A DNA stretch of 63,468 nucleotides, the filler included, from Octopus bimaculoides (taxonomy: Eukaryota), in assembly GCF_001194135.2 (NCBI RefSeq). It is 3 parts of 3 records of this genome, joined end to end, with 100 filler letters (N's around TTAATTAATTAA, not from the genome) between each part and the next. Parts side by side here need not be neighbours in the genome. Positions count along the whole stretch, not along the records: positions 1 to 28,179 come from NC_069005.1; 2 more parts are not named here. One strand, given 5' to 3'. A program made the translations under genes and the position numbers. Below the pieces are notes generated by a model. It was given only the letters and a program-made list of their open reading frames with translations, did not search any database and had not been told where the DNA came from. Below, piece after piece: positions 1-14,766 of this stretch (within the stretch, counting starts at the first letter, position 1; every line of letters starts with the position of its first letter).

Positions 1-36
1 TATATAAGTGTGTGTGTGTGTGTTATTAATAGTTAG

Positions 37-238
37 AAGGGGATTAGCTTGAAGAATCGTCAGCGTGCTGGGCAATATGGTTATCGCCATTTCTTTCGTC
101 TTTACGTTCTGAGTTCAAATTCCGCCGAGGTCGACTTCGCCTTCTATTCTTTCGGTGTCAATAAAATAAATACCAGATTATCACTAGGGTCGATGTAATC
201 GGCTAATCTTTCTCCGAAATTCATGGGATCGTGCCATA
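37..238 (+). mobile_element. tRNA-derived SINE, family A
   Basis: GTTCTGAGTTCAAATTCCGCCGAGGTCGAC B-box region; homologous to 21712 and 61248. Confidence 0.8.
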
Positions 239-240
239 AC

Positions 241-292
<52 letters not shown>

Positions 293-535
293 ATGTTTCG
301 TGGACGTGAAAACACGACCAGCTCCTCAAAAATTTGCTCTTAAAATGTCCTAGTGATCGGTAGTGTGTTTTTTTTTAATGTCCACGAAGCTTTTTTAGCA
401 ACACATGAAGCTAAGACAACCTGTTAGCATTCCAAAGAACATGGCATCAAACTGAATTCTAACATGAAACCATCCTCAGTTTAGAAAAAACGATTCCTAA
501 TTGAAGCCCATTTTAAAACCACATAGATATTCAGG

Positions 536-589
536 GATCGGGCACCTGATGACGGTCCTAGATGCATCGGTTGAAGCATAATGCCGATC
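536..589 (+). ncRNA. Degenerate hammerhead relic
   Basis: GATCGGGCAC-CTGATGA-(20 nt)-GAAG-CA-TA-ATGCCGATC. Stem I has 8 bp. The GAAACGTA segment would need two reversions, and stem II is poor. Confidence 0.4.
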
Positions 590-1524
590 TTATTTTGTGT
601 GTTAGCTTTCATCTTGTTTTGTGCCAGTTCCGATATTTTGTATGGTGTTGCTAACACATGTCTTCGCTTGTCGTAGAGCCCCCGTCTTGCTTGGATGTGT
701 AGCACAAATAAGAGGCCGGTTCTATGAACAGTAATTCGAACTTTAGGAATGCAAAGCATTGACACGGCACCATTCACCTGTCTTTGATTAATTCCTGTTC
801 TATCGATCGTCTAACCAACCTGTTACCTCGTAATGTAGATATATATTTTGGAAAGACGATGTTTTTCGTGAGACATTTCATAATCTGATTAACTGCAGTT
901 TCTCTTCATGGATATGTATAGCTAGGAGTATAATATTTGACGACAAATGGAGATCAAACTGATTAAATTGTAATGTTAACTGTCTGGATGATTATCAAAC
1001 TTATTTACGATAATTCCTCACCCTTTCTCTCTATACATACACTCACATACACATACATACATACATTCATACAGACGTACGTATATATGTATGTATTCGG
1101 GACTGTACATATGTAAATATGTATGTATGTATATGTATATGTACATATACATCTGATGATAAAAGAAGATGGAACTAATTAATAAGTATATATATATATA
1201 CACTGTGAAAACGTCTTTGAAGATTAATAAACTTATTAAAAACATCTTCTTATTCAAATTCTGTCTGTAATTATGTACAAATCCATGAATAAGATACATC
1301 GTTGCTGTAGGGAATAAAAAGATATCGTCAATATTAATATATTGTAAATATAAATGTTGTGAATACTTATATTGTAAACATATATTTTAAAAACATGATT
1401 AATCAGTCTGGAAAATTAAAAACGAAGAATTTCGAGTTCCTACTTTTGAGCATTTGAAATCGATGTTGACATAATGGTGAGGTGGGGTGAACTGGGGTGG
1501 AAGAGCGTGTAAAACTCTGTTTTG

Positions 1525-1660
1525 TTAAGAAGTTTGCTTGGTAACCACGTCATTTCGAGTTCAACCCTACGGTGACATAACTTTTGGGGGTCTAATACCC
1601 TAGACCCGGGCCGAGCAAGGCCTTGTCAGTGAATTTGATTTAAGGAGGTTGTGTGGAAAC
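1525..1660 (+). mobile_element. tRNA-derived SINE, family B (other copies 40990-41180 -, 41555-41690 +, 42146-42270 +, 44575-44680 -, 56505-56785 -)
   Basis: Shared AAGAAGTTTGCTT..AACCAC.TG.TT..G.GTTCA and AAAGCCTTGT.AGTG.ATTTG motifs across the copies. Confidence 0.65.
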
Positions 1661-1669
1661 CCATCATAC

Positions 1670-1718
<49 letters not shown>

Positions 1719-2549
1719 TACATGTATCTTTTACTCGTTTACACACTAGACTCCAGCCATTCTGGACCGGTGTTGTTTTGCTTCCGTCCGCACAAATGAG
1801 CGATTCGGCGAAAGAGGTCGATAAGAAAAAAGAAAAGAAAAAAAAATCTATCCCTCGCTTACTTCCACTACGCCCAGCATCTCGGTCTCAGGATTTCATT
1901 TACAGAGACAAACAACAAGTAGTCTTCGTCGTGTGCCTTAAAAGATATTTGAAATTATAACGAGCCTGAAATTAAAATAAAAGCAATCATGCATGAATGG
2001 ATGGCATTTGGAGAAACTCCACCATGCGTAACGAGCGAGATCCATGCATATTTAAGGACTCTAAACCAGAATCTTATCTTGGAGATTTACTTAATGGTTC
2101 CGTTTATGCAGAGTTTAAATCACAACCATGGATATCATTTTGTTTAGCTTTCATATTAAGGAACTTAATGGCGTGTGTGTGTGGGTGGGAGTGCACGCGC
2201 ATGTGTATACGTACGTGCCTGTGTGTGTGTATGTGTGTGTGCTTCTTTATATTTGTGTATTAAAAGTATACGTACATATGTGTGTATGCATATGTATCTG
2301 AGTGTGTGTGTACGTATTTTTATGCATATTTGTAATATATACGTACATACATACATACATACATACACATATATATATANNNNNNNNNNNNNNNNNNNNN
2401 NNNNNNNNNNNNNNNNNNNNNNNNNNNNNNNNNNNNNNNNNNNNNNNNNNNNNNNNNNNNNNNNNNNNNNNNNNNNNNNNNNNNNNNNNNNNNNNNNNNN
2501 NNNNNNNNNNNNNNNNNNNNNNNNNNNNNNNNNNNNNNNNNNNNNNNNN

Positions 2550-2588
<39 letters not shown>

Positions 2589-2903
2589 TGTATATATTTA
2601 TCTATCTATAGATACGCGCACACACACACTCACAAATATTGATAGATAGATACACATGTATACTATCTAAATAGTAAAGATATATTGGAAAAAACAGAAT
2701 ATAACGATGGAAACAAAAGCAAGTAAATACTTGAATAAATTTTAAAAAGATAAAGCGAATGAACAATTAGCTTCAACTATTCCCCTGTATCCTCAGCACG
2801 AGAAAACTCATTATAGTTCCTGGAATTTAATATACATATGCATGCATGTGTGTGTATGCCTGTACATATATATATATACATATATAATGATTTAATACAG
2901 GCA

Positions 2904-2946
<43 letters not shown>

Positions 2947-2957
2947 NNNNNNNNNNA

Positions 2958-3020
<63 letters not shown>

Positions 3021-3021
3021 G

Positions 3022-3066
<45 letters not shown>

Positions 3067-3159
3067 CACACATATACATATATATATTTCGTTTTGGGAT
3101 TTTGTTTGCAAGATTCTTTATGTGAGGTCGTGTGTTGAAGCATATTTTGTTGTGTCCGG

Positions 3160-3191
<32 letters not shown>

Positions 3192-4174
3192 GTTTGTACA
3201 CACTCAGATATCTACAGTAAGTCCCTTAATCACATTATCTTACGTGGAGACGATAAGGTTTGATTTGGCCGAGAATTAATTGATTTTTCAAGCAGGTCGA
3301 GCGTCTACAGAGATGAAAGATGTTCATTTTGTTTCATTGACCACGGCTGCTCCCGTTCTTGTTATCTAAACACCATTTCAACCCTGACACATCAGACTGA
3401 CACTTATTATTAAAAACATTTCCGCCTGGTATCTGCTTGGGTATGGTATATCCAGAATCACACGATTTAACGTAATCCCGTCCCAAGGCAGTGTGATTTC
3501 AAGAAAATTTGGCGGCCATTTTTAGTAAATCAAGCGTTCATGTAGATATTTTCCTAATTGGTTCATAACAGCAATATTTTCTAATTAACAAAGCTCCAAA
3601 ACTACACAGCAATCGCAACAGAATCTCTTCCTTCTGTGACTTCCTACCACGTCTTCACGCTTCTCCACAGTTCTATAAATGGCGACGAGATGTTACGCTA
3701 ACACAATACAGTTGACCAGTTAATACACCCAGTAACATGTCTGTAAATATTTTATCACTTGTACTACCGTAACAACCGAACTCTGAAGACGTTTCCTGTA
3801 TATTCGTATGAAATAAAAAAAATCCTCAGCTATTCATATCCTCTTTTTCTTGTCGTAACAAAATATACCGCATTGTCTCCATCGACCAATCGCATTCGCC
3901 GTTAGCAATAATAAACGACTGAATACTAACTTGGATAACAAATAACACGCTATTGTATTAGCGAAACAGAAGTCGCGTTCAAGCAAACACGTACACATTT
4001 ATGTGCAGATATGTATGTACAGACACCTATATCTACACATTAATACAGCACACACATACATACATACACACATTTTTATATATGTGTTTGTGTATGTGTG
4101 TATGTGTAGGTATCTGTGTATGTAATATATACATATGTATTTCTCGCCATCTCCACCTCCTCTTTCGATATAGA

Positions 4175-4831
4175 CATATATATATATAAAATTATATATG
4201 TGTATATATGCATACACACATATAAATATATATGTAATGTGTACAGTGAGACAAACGCACATGTATAGACATCCGTACATAATTACATCTAACTTTATTC
4301 CTATAAATTAATGTTATAATATTAGTACATATAATGCAGTTTCATACAACCGCACCAATGTTCTGTGTTTCTGTGTGTGTGNNNNNNNNNNNNNNNNNNN
4401 NNNNNNNNNNNNNNNNNNNNNNNNNNNNNNNNNNNNNNNNNNNNNNNNNNNNNNNNNNNNNNNNNNNNNNNNNNNNNNNNNNNNNNNNNNNNNNNNNNNN
4501 NNNNNNNNNNNNNNNNNNNNNNNNNNNNNNNNNNNNNNNNNNNNNNNNNNNNNNNNNNNNNNNNNNNNNNNNNNNNNNNNNNNNNNNNNNNNNNNNNNNN
4601 NNNNNNNNNNNNNNNNNNNNNNNNNNNNNNNNNNNNNNNNNNNNNNNNNNNNNNNNNNNNNNNNNNNNNNNNNNNNNNNNNNNNNNNNNNNNNNNNNNNN
4701 NNNNNNNNNNNNNNNNNNNNNNNNNNNNNNNNNNNNNNNNNNNNNNNNNNNNNNNNNNNNNNNNNNNNNNNNNNNNNNNNNNNNNNNNNNNNNNNNNNNN
4801 NNNNNNNNNNNNNNNNNNNNNNNNNNNNNNN

Positions 4832-4882
<51 letters not shown>

Positions 4883-5061
4883 AAATTATATATGTGTATA
4901 TATGCATACACACATATAAATATATATGTAATGTGTACAGTGAGACAAACGCACATGTATAGACATCCGTACATAATTACATCTAACTTTATTCCTATAA
5001 ATTAATGTTATAATATTAGTACATATAATGCAGTTTCATACAACCGCACCAATGTTCTGTG

Positions 5062-5075
<14 letters not shown>
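4175..5075. other. Identical 207-bp direct repeat (4175-4381 and 4869-5075) flanking a 450-N gap; probable assembly artefact
   Basis: The copies are identical and end and start at microsatellites. Confidence 0.85.
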
Positions 5076-5106
<31 letters not shown>

Positions 5107-5248
5107 CTATGTAACCATCAGTATGACTATGTACATTGTATGCGTATATATATATATCCACAAACCTATGTACATATAAACATACAAACATGCACACAAC
5201 AAAGGCGTCGTATCTTCTCAAGGAAAGTTCGCATGATACGTCTATACA

Positions 5249-5285
<37 letters not shown>

Positions 5286-5352
5286 AACAACAACAACAAC
5301 AACAACAATAGCAATAACAACAACAGCAATAACAACAACAACAGTAACAACA
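5249..5352. repeat. (ACA)n microsatellite, one of many SSRs ((AT)n, (CA)n, (GA)n, (TATC)n, (CTA)n, (TTA)n) throughout the window
   Basis: Directly visible. Confidence 0.95.
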
Positions 5353-5874
5353 CAGAAAATAACCGAGAAAAACCAAAAAACCAAACAAAATAAAAGCAGA
5401 AAGAAAAAATAAGGCAATGTTTGAAAGAGAGAGGTATGTAACAATGTGATAGGAATTCGAGACTGTACAATAGATTGGTCAAAGGAACTCGCCTGTAAGG
5501 GCGGTAAAACTAGTGTGTAATTTATTAATAGTGACGTGTTATTAAGGCTGTGCTTGCGAAGAGTTTCGCCTAATAATTACTTTTCAGATTATTGAAGAGA
5601 TAGATGTAAAGCTTTGTGTGTCTCTACTCCTGGTTATGTGTGCATGATTGTCTGGTATGTGTGTGCGTGTGTGTGTGTGTGCCTGAGCGTGTGAGTCTGT
5701 GTGTGATGTGGCTATTTATGTATATGTTCATGTGTAAGATGGTGGAACGGATATATATACGTCTTAGTGTGTTTGTGTGTGTATGAGCATAGTCTGTGTG
5801 TGTCTGCGTCTATATATGTATGTATAAACATACAACTATAGATACATGACTTGTGAGTGCAAATGTATATATAT

Positions 5875-5952
<78 letters not shown>

Positions 5953-5981
5953 GTGTGTGGGCATGCATATATGCACACACG

Positions 5982-6014
<33 letters not shown>

Positions 6015-6951
6015 GTATGTATGCATACAGGCTTGTCCGTATCTATGTGTGTGTGTGTCCAGGTGCCTTAATATGTTTGTGCGTGTAAGCGTGTCCGTGT
6101 GTTTCCTTATCTTATCTTTCCTGTCCAGAATCTGTTTGTACCACCCCCCTCCACCTCCTCCTCCTCCTCCGTCGCACCATCATCATCATCATTATCATCA
6201 TCATGGTGCTCACTAATCACCACGGTTTAAGATACACTCCCGTTCCTGCATAAAAGAAAAAAGAAAACGAGAACTCGCAAGTCTCGCATGCATCGAGGTC
6301 GGTTTCTTTATTCTCTCCGTTGCCCGGGATCGAATCCGTTATTCAAACGTCCACATAATGTCACATACTAATTGTACTTGACGACTGTCCGGCGAACACT
6401 TACAAGCCATTGAGTACATGTGAACGATGTCATTTGGTCAACGAAATGAACGCTCATCGCCGATGGGTATCAGCAAATCGCCGCCGCTGCCGCCAAGACA
6501 GTTCACAAGATCACCCGCCACCAGTACCAAATTTTTTTTTTTTTTAATATTTATTTTTGCTTCCAATAGCCGGTTCCTTTGGTCAAACTATCGTATCTCC
6601 AGCTGTTTCAGATGCCAAAGTATCAAAGAATGTCTAAGTGTAGAACAACGATCTTGCTATGGAATGGTGAAACTATTTTTTCGTTTTCTGAAAAAGCAAC
6701 GGTTTGGACTTACGACACTTTTGCATAANNNNNNNNNNNNNNNNNNNNNNNNNNNNNNNNNNNNNNNNNNNNNNNNNNNNNNNNNNNNNNNNNNNNNNNN
6801 NNNNNNNNNNNNNNNNNNNNNNNNNNNNNNNNNNNNNNNNNNNNNNNNNNNNNNNNNNNNNNNNNNNNNNNNNNNNNNNNNNNNNNNNNNNNNNNNNNNN
6901 NNNNNNNNNNNNNNNNNNNNNNNNNNNNNNNNNNNNNNNNNNNNNNNNNNN

Positions 6952-6987
<36 letters not shown>

Positions 6988-7185
6988 ATGTATACATGTA
7001 CGTATGTATGTATGCATGTATGTATGGCAATATACTCTTCCAAGTAATAAACATCTCTTCATTTCTGCTTTAGAGAATGTTCGCCGTTTGTATAACATAG
7101 TTTTCGCATTAATACACACACATACACATACACGCACACTCACACTCACACTGACTTACATGCATACGCACTTACGCATCTAAAC

Positions 7186-7248
<63 letters not shown>

Positions 7249-7603
7249 AACGTGAACAGATTATATATATATATATATATACATATATAACGTGTGTATG
7301 TGTACATATACTTACACGTACGCGAACTGTCATATACATGTATGTACCTATGTACATGTATACCTATATATATATACTTATGCACTCACACACACACACA
7401 CATCCATTTCTGAATGTCTGTACCTCTATAATTTATTCTTCCTTTCTAGAATTTCTCTCTCTCTCTTTCGCTCTCTCTCTCTCTTTCGCTCTCTCTCATT
7501 AACTCTATCAACTTCTCTCATTTACATTCACGCACACACACACACATTCTTCCTCTTCCTCACTTTCCCACAGTCTCCCTCGTTCTTCCTTTCACTCTGC
7601 CTC

Positions 7604-7644
<41 letters not shown>

Positions 7645-7654
7645 NNNNNNNNNN

Positions 7655-7696
<42 letters not shown>

Positions 7697-8056
7697 ACTC
7701 TCTCACTCTCCCTCTCTTCAACTCTCTCTCTCTCTTCCAATCTCTCTTCTTAAATATCAAAATTTCTTAATCGAAACCTGTCAGTAGAGGTTACAGTTCA
7801 ATTTATTGAGCCGTATGTAATTTCAACTTTCGACTGCATTGTTTAAGCACTCTGATACTAATAACGTGGGGCGCGGCGGGGGCGAACACAGAACTCTATT
7901 CACTCTCTAAACATTAACCTTTATTCGTGTATAACTATCTACGTACATACAAGTATACACGCCACTCATACGAGTGTGTGTGTGTGTATTTGTATCTATG
8001 CATCCATATCAGTATGCGTCATAGCGTATACATATATATTTACGTATATGTATAAA

Positions 8057-8115
<59 letters not shown>

Positions 8116-8576
8116 ATGTATGTATGTATGTATGTATATATACATACACAGATATATACGCACACATATATAAACATATATATGTATATAGATTTCTGTG
8201 TGTCTCACTCTTTCTCTCAATATATACATATATATATATATACAGAGAGAGAGAGAGAGAGAGAGTGGGAGAGAGAGAGAGAGCGAGAGAGAAAGTAGGA
8301 GAGAGAGAGAGAGAGAGATAGAGAGATAGAGAGGGAGAGAGAGGGAGAGAGAGGGAGAGAGAGAGAGAGAGCAATAAGAAAATGGAGGGGATCAAGAGGT
8401 GGTATTCATCAACTTTTAGACATTATATTATGTCAATTTATTTATATACTAAAAGGACAATTATAACAATATACATACACGTATAACATATTATGCTTTA
8501 CATATATAATATACAAACTCTAAATATATCAGTAATTATTAAAATATATATCATAGAGCAATAGACATTGGGATAA

Positions 8577-8695
8577 TAACTTACAGCTGTTTCAGCCAAG
8601 AGGCAACAATACTTCATTGTACTTTTATCCATCCAGTGGACTGAAGTAGATGAAATTGAGGTACATGCGTGTTTCTCTAGGCTTCGTCAGAGATT
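8577..8695 (-). ncRNA. Type I hammerhead ribozyme, intact core, with a 72-nt structured loop II (homologue of the 33962 motif)
   Basis: Minus strand reads AATCT-CTGACGA-AGCCTAGAG...CTCTTGGCT-GAAA-CAGCTG-TA-AGTTA. Stem II pairs 8/9, stem III is perfect, stem I is weakened. The start of loop II (gaaacacgcatgtacctcaatttca) aligns with the 33962 copy (gaatcgtgcatgtaccgccatttca). Confidence 0.82.
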
Positions 8696-11415
8696 TTTAT
8701 GTAAAAGTATGTATATATATATATGTGTGAATTTATATTTATAACTTAACCTTATGTACTTCCTAAAATCTTTATTTGTGTATAGTTACATCGTACATAC
8801 ATAGATGCATGCGTAAATATTTTGGTTGTTTGTACAATTACAGCAGCAAAGAATATGAAAAGTTGATGTGAATGTCACATTGGAATTCAATGTAAATGTG
8901 AACCTGTATTAGTCAGCTGCTCTCGAAATTAGCCATTGTTCTCTTCGTTATAAAGTTCACTCTCTCTTATTAATAATTAATCACCGCCATGTTTGTGTAC
9001 ACGATTCAAAATGTCCTTCCTCTTGTCAAACACACTAAACAACAACATTGCATGTCACGAAACCGTTCCTTTCTTTCTCTAGTTTCTTTCAGTTTTTACC
9101 TTCATTTTTCCTTTTTCATTTCTTTCATTCGATACTTCCTTATCTTCTTTCGATTTACTTCTTTCCTTACTCTCTTCCTGCTCTTTTCTTCTTCTTTGCT
9201 TTGTAAGTTTCTTCTTTTCTTTCCTTCTCTCCCTTCTCTCTATCATACTGCCGTACTCCCCCCCTCTCTCTCTCTCGATTTCTCTCTCGATTTCTCTCTC
9301 GTTCGTCTCTTGTGTTCTTTCTCTCACGCTGTTATGGAAATATACAAAACCTGTCTTTTTTTCCTGAATTACTTAAAAGGACAATACAATACGATATTAT
9401 TGTATTTAGCTCTGTTACTGCTGCTGCCATCTATGGTGAAAGGTAATTTAAGTCAGTGTGTCAGTCATAGGTTACACAGGAAGGAATGTATTTACTGGTG
9501 CTGCCGTCTGTTGTGAAAGTAAGCAAAGGAAGATAATTGAGGGAATCAATATGTCACAGTTTATGGAGGCGAAAGTATTATACACTGTTAGTACCCTCCG
9601 TAGTGAAAAACTAACAAAGGAAGGACTCAATAAGTCAAATTTTAGAGGGAAGAAAGAAATATTCTTGTCTTAACATTAACGAACGGCTGAAACGCAGAGA
9701 AAATCGCAGACGAGATGTTCATGCACATTTTCAGTTTATATAAAAATATTCAACACTATACGCTCATAAATATACGTGACACTTCCCTAAAAGAGCAGCA
9801 AATTTCACTGTGAAGACCATATTTCATATCTAACATTTCGTAAAATCTCTGAAATTTTACAAGTCTTAATATAACTTGCTACAATTTTACACAAGGATTT
9901 TTAGAGTATAACATATTGCTTGTTCAGAAGAATGTTTCCAAGCGAATTTATAGTTCCAACGACTGTCAATCATGGACGGCACTATAAATGTTAACGAGTT
10001 TATAGAAATTATTTGCAGATTTTCCAAGCCCAAATTTACTTTCTGCAATCCTCTGAATTTTCCTGCGAAATGACCGATGAGTAACAATGTCGCTAAAACT
10101 TTCATGAATTCTATTTATAAAATGTTTAACTGGGCTACATCAAATATGGCGGTAGCTATGTCTCCAAAGCTAAGAAAAAAGTTAAGAATAAACATGTAAA
10201 AAGCCACTCATTTGTTAAGATACATCATGAGATATTTCTTTAGTGTAACGCGAAACTGTTTACTTTGACAGAACAATTTCCTCCACTTTTATTTCGATAT
10301 TTTTATCGTCCCGATATCTGAAGGCTTCGTGGAGACAAGGCCGAACAATTTCTTCTCTCTAAAAGAAAGGTTTCCGGCTTTTGGCCAAAACTAAAGCAAT
10401 TTCACAGGATGATTCTTTCATCATCAAACTTTAACAACATTCTTTCCCCAAATATGTTTTGTCGCTTTTGGATTTCTTCCTTTTTACCTTAATCTTTATT
10501 CTTTCCGTAAGTCAGGACATAAACCTAGGTTCAATTTTCCTTCTATTTTAACCTGATATATTTTCTGATCTCCATTAAGATCATGCCCTTCTATTACGAG
10601 GGAAATTATTTTCACAAGCAAAATGCTGCAGAATTCTATAAATAACAACACACTGTCTCCCACTGGTCATTCAATTTACACTCACCAGCATTCTGTTTTT
10701 CTTTTTGCTCGTTTTCTTCTACGCTGTGATTGGCAAAATAAAAATTGAACAAATAAAGTAAAATAAAAAACAAACTTAACTTTTAAAAACATAAGACACG
10801 ACCTCCCAAGTTTACACAGAATGAACTGAACAGAATTCAGAAACATAGGAGAGTGAAATGTAAATTAGCAGAGAAAAAGTTGCTTTGGTTGTCGTGCCAG
10901 GATCAAACGAGTGCCAAACGTATAGGGAAAGTTGCACAATGCACAATTTCTAACCATTCAATGAGATTCTCTTGGCGCATGCGTTATACGTCAGCCATCC
11001 TTGAATAGGAGAATACTCCAGAGGAAGAGCCGATTAATTATGGATATAATCCTCAAAATATAACAGTTTACTAAAATAAAGACATAAGAAACGTACATTA
11101 GTCACAAAGAAAATATAAATACGTAATTGGTGACATTAAGATATAATTAAAAATTGAACGCCCAGCGATGGCGCCTGCGAACTCGCATCGGCAGTGCCTA
11201 TTGTTCAGAAGCAGAGAGAGACAGTCTAGCGTTCCTTTACCTTGAAGATGAGACAAGGTAAATCTACAACCGTTGATGATGGATTCGGAAAACTTTATCG
11301 CCCCAAATAAATTACAAAAAAAAAAAAACTCTTGTGAAAATATGGGAAAAGTTAGTTAAGAATAATAAATCTAGACCATAATAATGTATTGAAATACAAT
11401 ATGCCTGGAACACAA

Positions 11416-11481
<66 letters not shown>

Positions 11482-12088
11482 GTATGTATTTTCATAAAGG
11501 TAACATAGCTACTAATCTGTCGTTGTATTATGATGGCAGCTGTTTCTTAGAAACCGCCATCTTCGGTCAGTTGCACACCACGTGCTTCGGTTATCAAACA
11601 TCTAACTTGCTCAAAGGGTATTTTACGACACACAGACATACATACGCAAATCAAGAATCTTTCTCCAAACACACACACAGACACACACACACTCGCATTC
11701 AAACACACACACACTCGCATTGACACACACACGCAAGCACACACACACACACACACACACACGAACACACACATACACACTCACATATACACGCCCATAC
11801 ACTCATGTACTTCTGGGAGTATTTCTGCTTGATTTTCTACATATAAATGTAAATGATATGCCATATATGTTATTAAAAGATTATATACATTGCAATGTGT
11901 GTATATTTAGGTGTGTATATTTACGCATTCTTCACACATTCACATGTATCAGAGCACCAATATACTTACACATACACACATAGATATACATACTTTCCTC
12001 AACACACTCATACACACCACACACACAAACACACACACAAACACACACACATATGAGCATATTTATTATTTTAAGCATTTATGTATGA

Positions 12089-12136
<48 letters not shown>

Positions 12137-12276
12137 NNNNNNNNNNNNNNNNNNNNNNNNNNNNNNNNNNNNNNNNNNNNNNNNNNNNNNNNNNNNNNNN
12201 NNNNNNNNNNNNNNNNNNNNNNNNNNNNNNNNNNNNNNNNNNNNNNNNNNNNNNNNNNNNNNNNNNNNNNNNNNNN

Positions 12277-12317
<41 letters not shown>

Positions 12318-12931
12318 GTGTGTGTGTGTGTGTGCTTGCGTGTCTGTGTACGTATATATATATATATATATTTATATGTATGTAGGTATGTATGTATGCA
12401 TATATATATGTATATACACACATACATGCGTACATTATATGTGTGTGTGTTTGTGTATATATACATTGTATCACTGAAAGAGAATCGGAGACGAGGGTGA
12501 GAAATAGGGGGGTGGGAGAGAGAGAGAAAGAAAGCGAGAGAGAATTGCAGCAACGCCACCTACTGGTGCGATGTGGTTTTCGCAGTAAATTACCAACAGA
12601 ACAGGATTAATTAGTTTCCAACGTGCGCGCCGATTTTATTTGTCCAACACCAGATTCGTATTGGGGTCACAGGGACTAGTGACCCGAATTAAGCTGCTTA
12701 GTCAAGCTGACACATAAAATGGCGGTTATTATACGCTGATATTTATGGTCGGACATAAAAACTGTATTTATGATGAATTTCCCGCCACCCTTTGAATTTC
12801 TCAAAGTCACTATTGACGTACACTAATGTTACATTATAGATACGTGTCTACCTGTCTCTCTCTCTCTCTCTCTAGTTCTCCGCCAATCCGTTTATGTACA
12901 TATACTTACATACATATACATATATATATAC

Positions 12932-12984
<53 letters not shown>

Positions 12985-13039
12985 NNNNNNNNNNAATTTA
13001 CATATATACATATATAAACACGCACATATTTATGTATGC

Positions 13040-13111
<72 letters not shown>

Positions 13112-13275
13112 ATATATATACATATATGCCTTATCATTCCATTTTGCCTATGATAACCTTATCTCACTGTTATATGAACAGTCTCTATCAATCATTCAAT
13201 CAATCAACGATGTAATTTATCTACATCCGTGTGTGTGTGCTTTTGTGTATGTGTGTGTTTGCATGTCTGTGTGTG

Positions 13276-13355
<80 letters not shown>

Positions 13356-14643
13356 GAGAGAGAAAGAGAGAGAAAGAGAGAGATAGAGATACAGAGAGAG
13401 AGAGAGAGAGATACAGAGAGAGAGAGAGGGAAGTAGAATCCATATATGAGTCTTTGCCACGTTTAAGAGCAACATATATACACACCTACACACACATGCA
13501 CGCATGCACACAGACACACACGCATCTATATAATTCTCTCTACTGTTTATCTCGTATTCTCTTATCTGGCCATATTAGAGATCGTCTTTATCAACCAGGC
13601 TATCGACCATTCAATGATCTAATTGATATATCTATAGAGCTCTATATTTGTATATCTATGTATCTATATTGTTGTGTTGCTTGTTACATGTCTTTACAGC
13701 TATAAAAGAAAGAGAATTGACTCGATCTGGAACAGGCGGGACATCAATCAACCCATCAAATTTCGGCCCTTCAATGGTTTTATTTCCCCAATCAGAATAG
13801 ACCACTCAGAAACGTGGATGGTTACATAGAAAAAAATACACACAGATCCAGAGTTTTTAGGCTGATGTTTTTACAGTCTATGTCTCTACTACATACGCAG
13901 ACCTACTGATCCACCCCGGTTTAGTCCTACACTAGTTTGTGAATAGTAAATCAAAAGCCATAAGCCGTTTTCACTCTTTGATCAGGCAATTGAATAATGG
14001 GTCTCTCAGATAAATCACTTTCCTGGTTAGAGACGGAAAGACATATAGAGTACCCAGGGTATTCAGTATATAGACCAAAGTGAGTTTAAGACTGTGCGTT
14101 CACTAAAACCACACTCCCATAAGTTTACTTTACATTTATATTTATTCTAATGCTTGCATAATGTTTCTGTCAATTAATTAATTAACGTTGCCTATGTTTA
14201 CCATGTTATGAACAGTTGCCATATGAATATATGGAAAACAAAAGAAGGGACCGTTCAAAGCAGCACTATACACGTTTCGATAACCTGGTTATTATTATCA
14301 ATGCACAGTATATTACATATCTATTAGATCCCAATTGCATTATATGTATATGTTTATACGTGAGTGTCTGAGGATTTCTGTACGAATATGTATATATATA
14401 TATATATATATATTTATGTGCTACATACATACATATATATACGTATACACATGCATACGCTTACACTGACACATAACTCTTATTTATACAGGTCTTGCAA
14501 ACGAAAGTCAGAAAGCCTCTTGGTTTGCTGACTCGTACGTTTGCAATAATCCATTCTCATTCGAAATAGATTGGCTCATAAATCTGTAGCTTATATGTCA
14601 ACATAATCTATCTATCTATCTATCTCTCTATCCCTCTCTCTCA

Positions 14644-14766
<123 letters not shown>

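Noticed and set aside
4175-5075. Real tandem duplication
   Set aside because: 100% identity and placement across a gap bounded by SSRs indicate unmerged contig overlap.
10315-10355. CTGAAG-GCTT...AAGGCC-GAAC
   Set aside because: Both core boxes are one base short and there is no stem I.
11236-11262. Perfect 9-bp hairpin TTTACCTTG/CAAGGTAAA
   Set aside because: Isolated; a hairpin of this length is plausible by chance in 63 kb of AT-rich DNA.
11525-11580. Minus-strand GAAACAGCTGCC with upstream CCGAAGA
   Set aside because: Stems I and II could not be paired convincingly.
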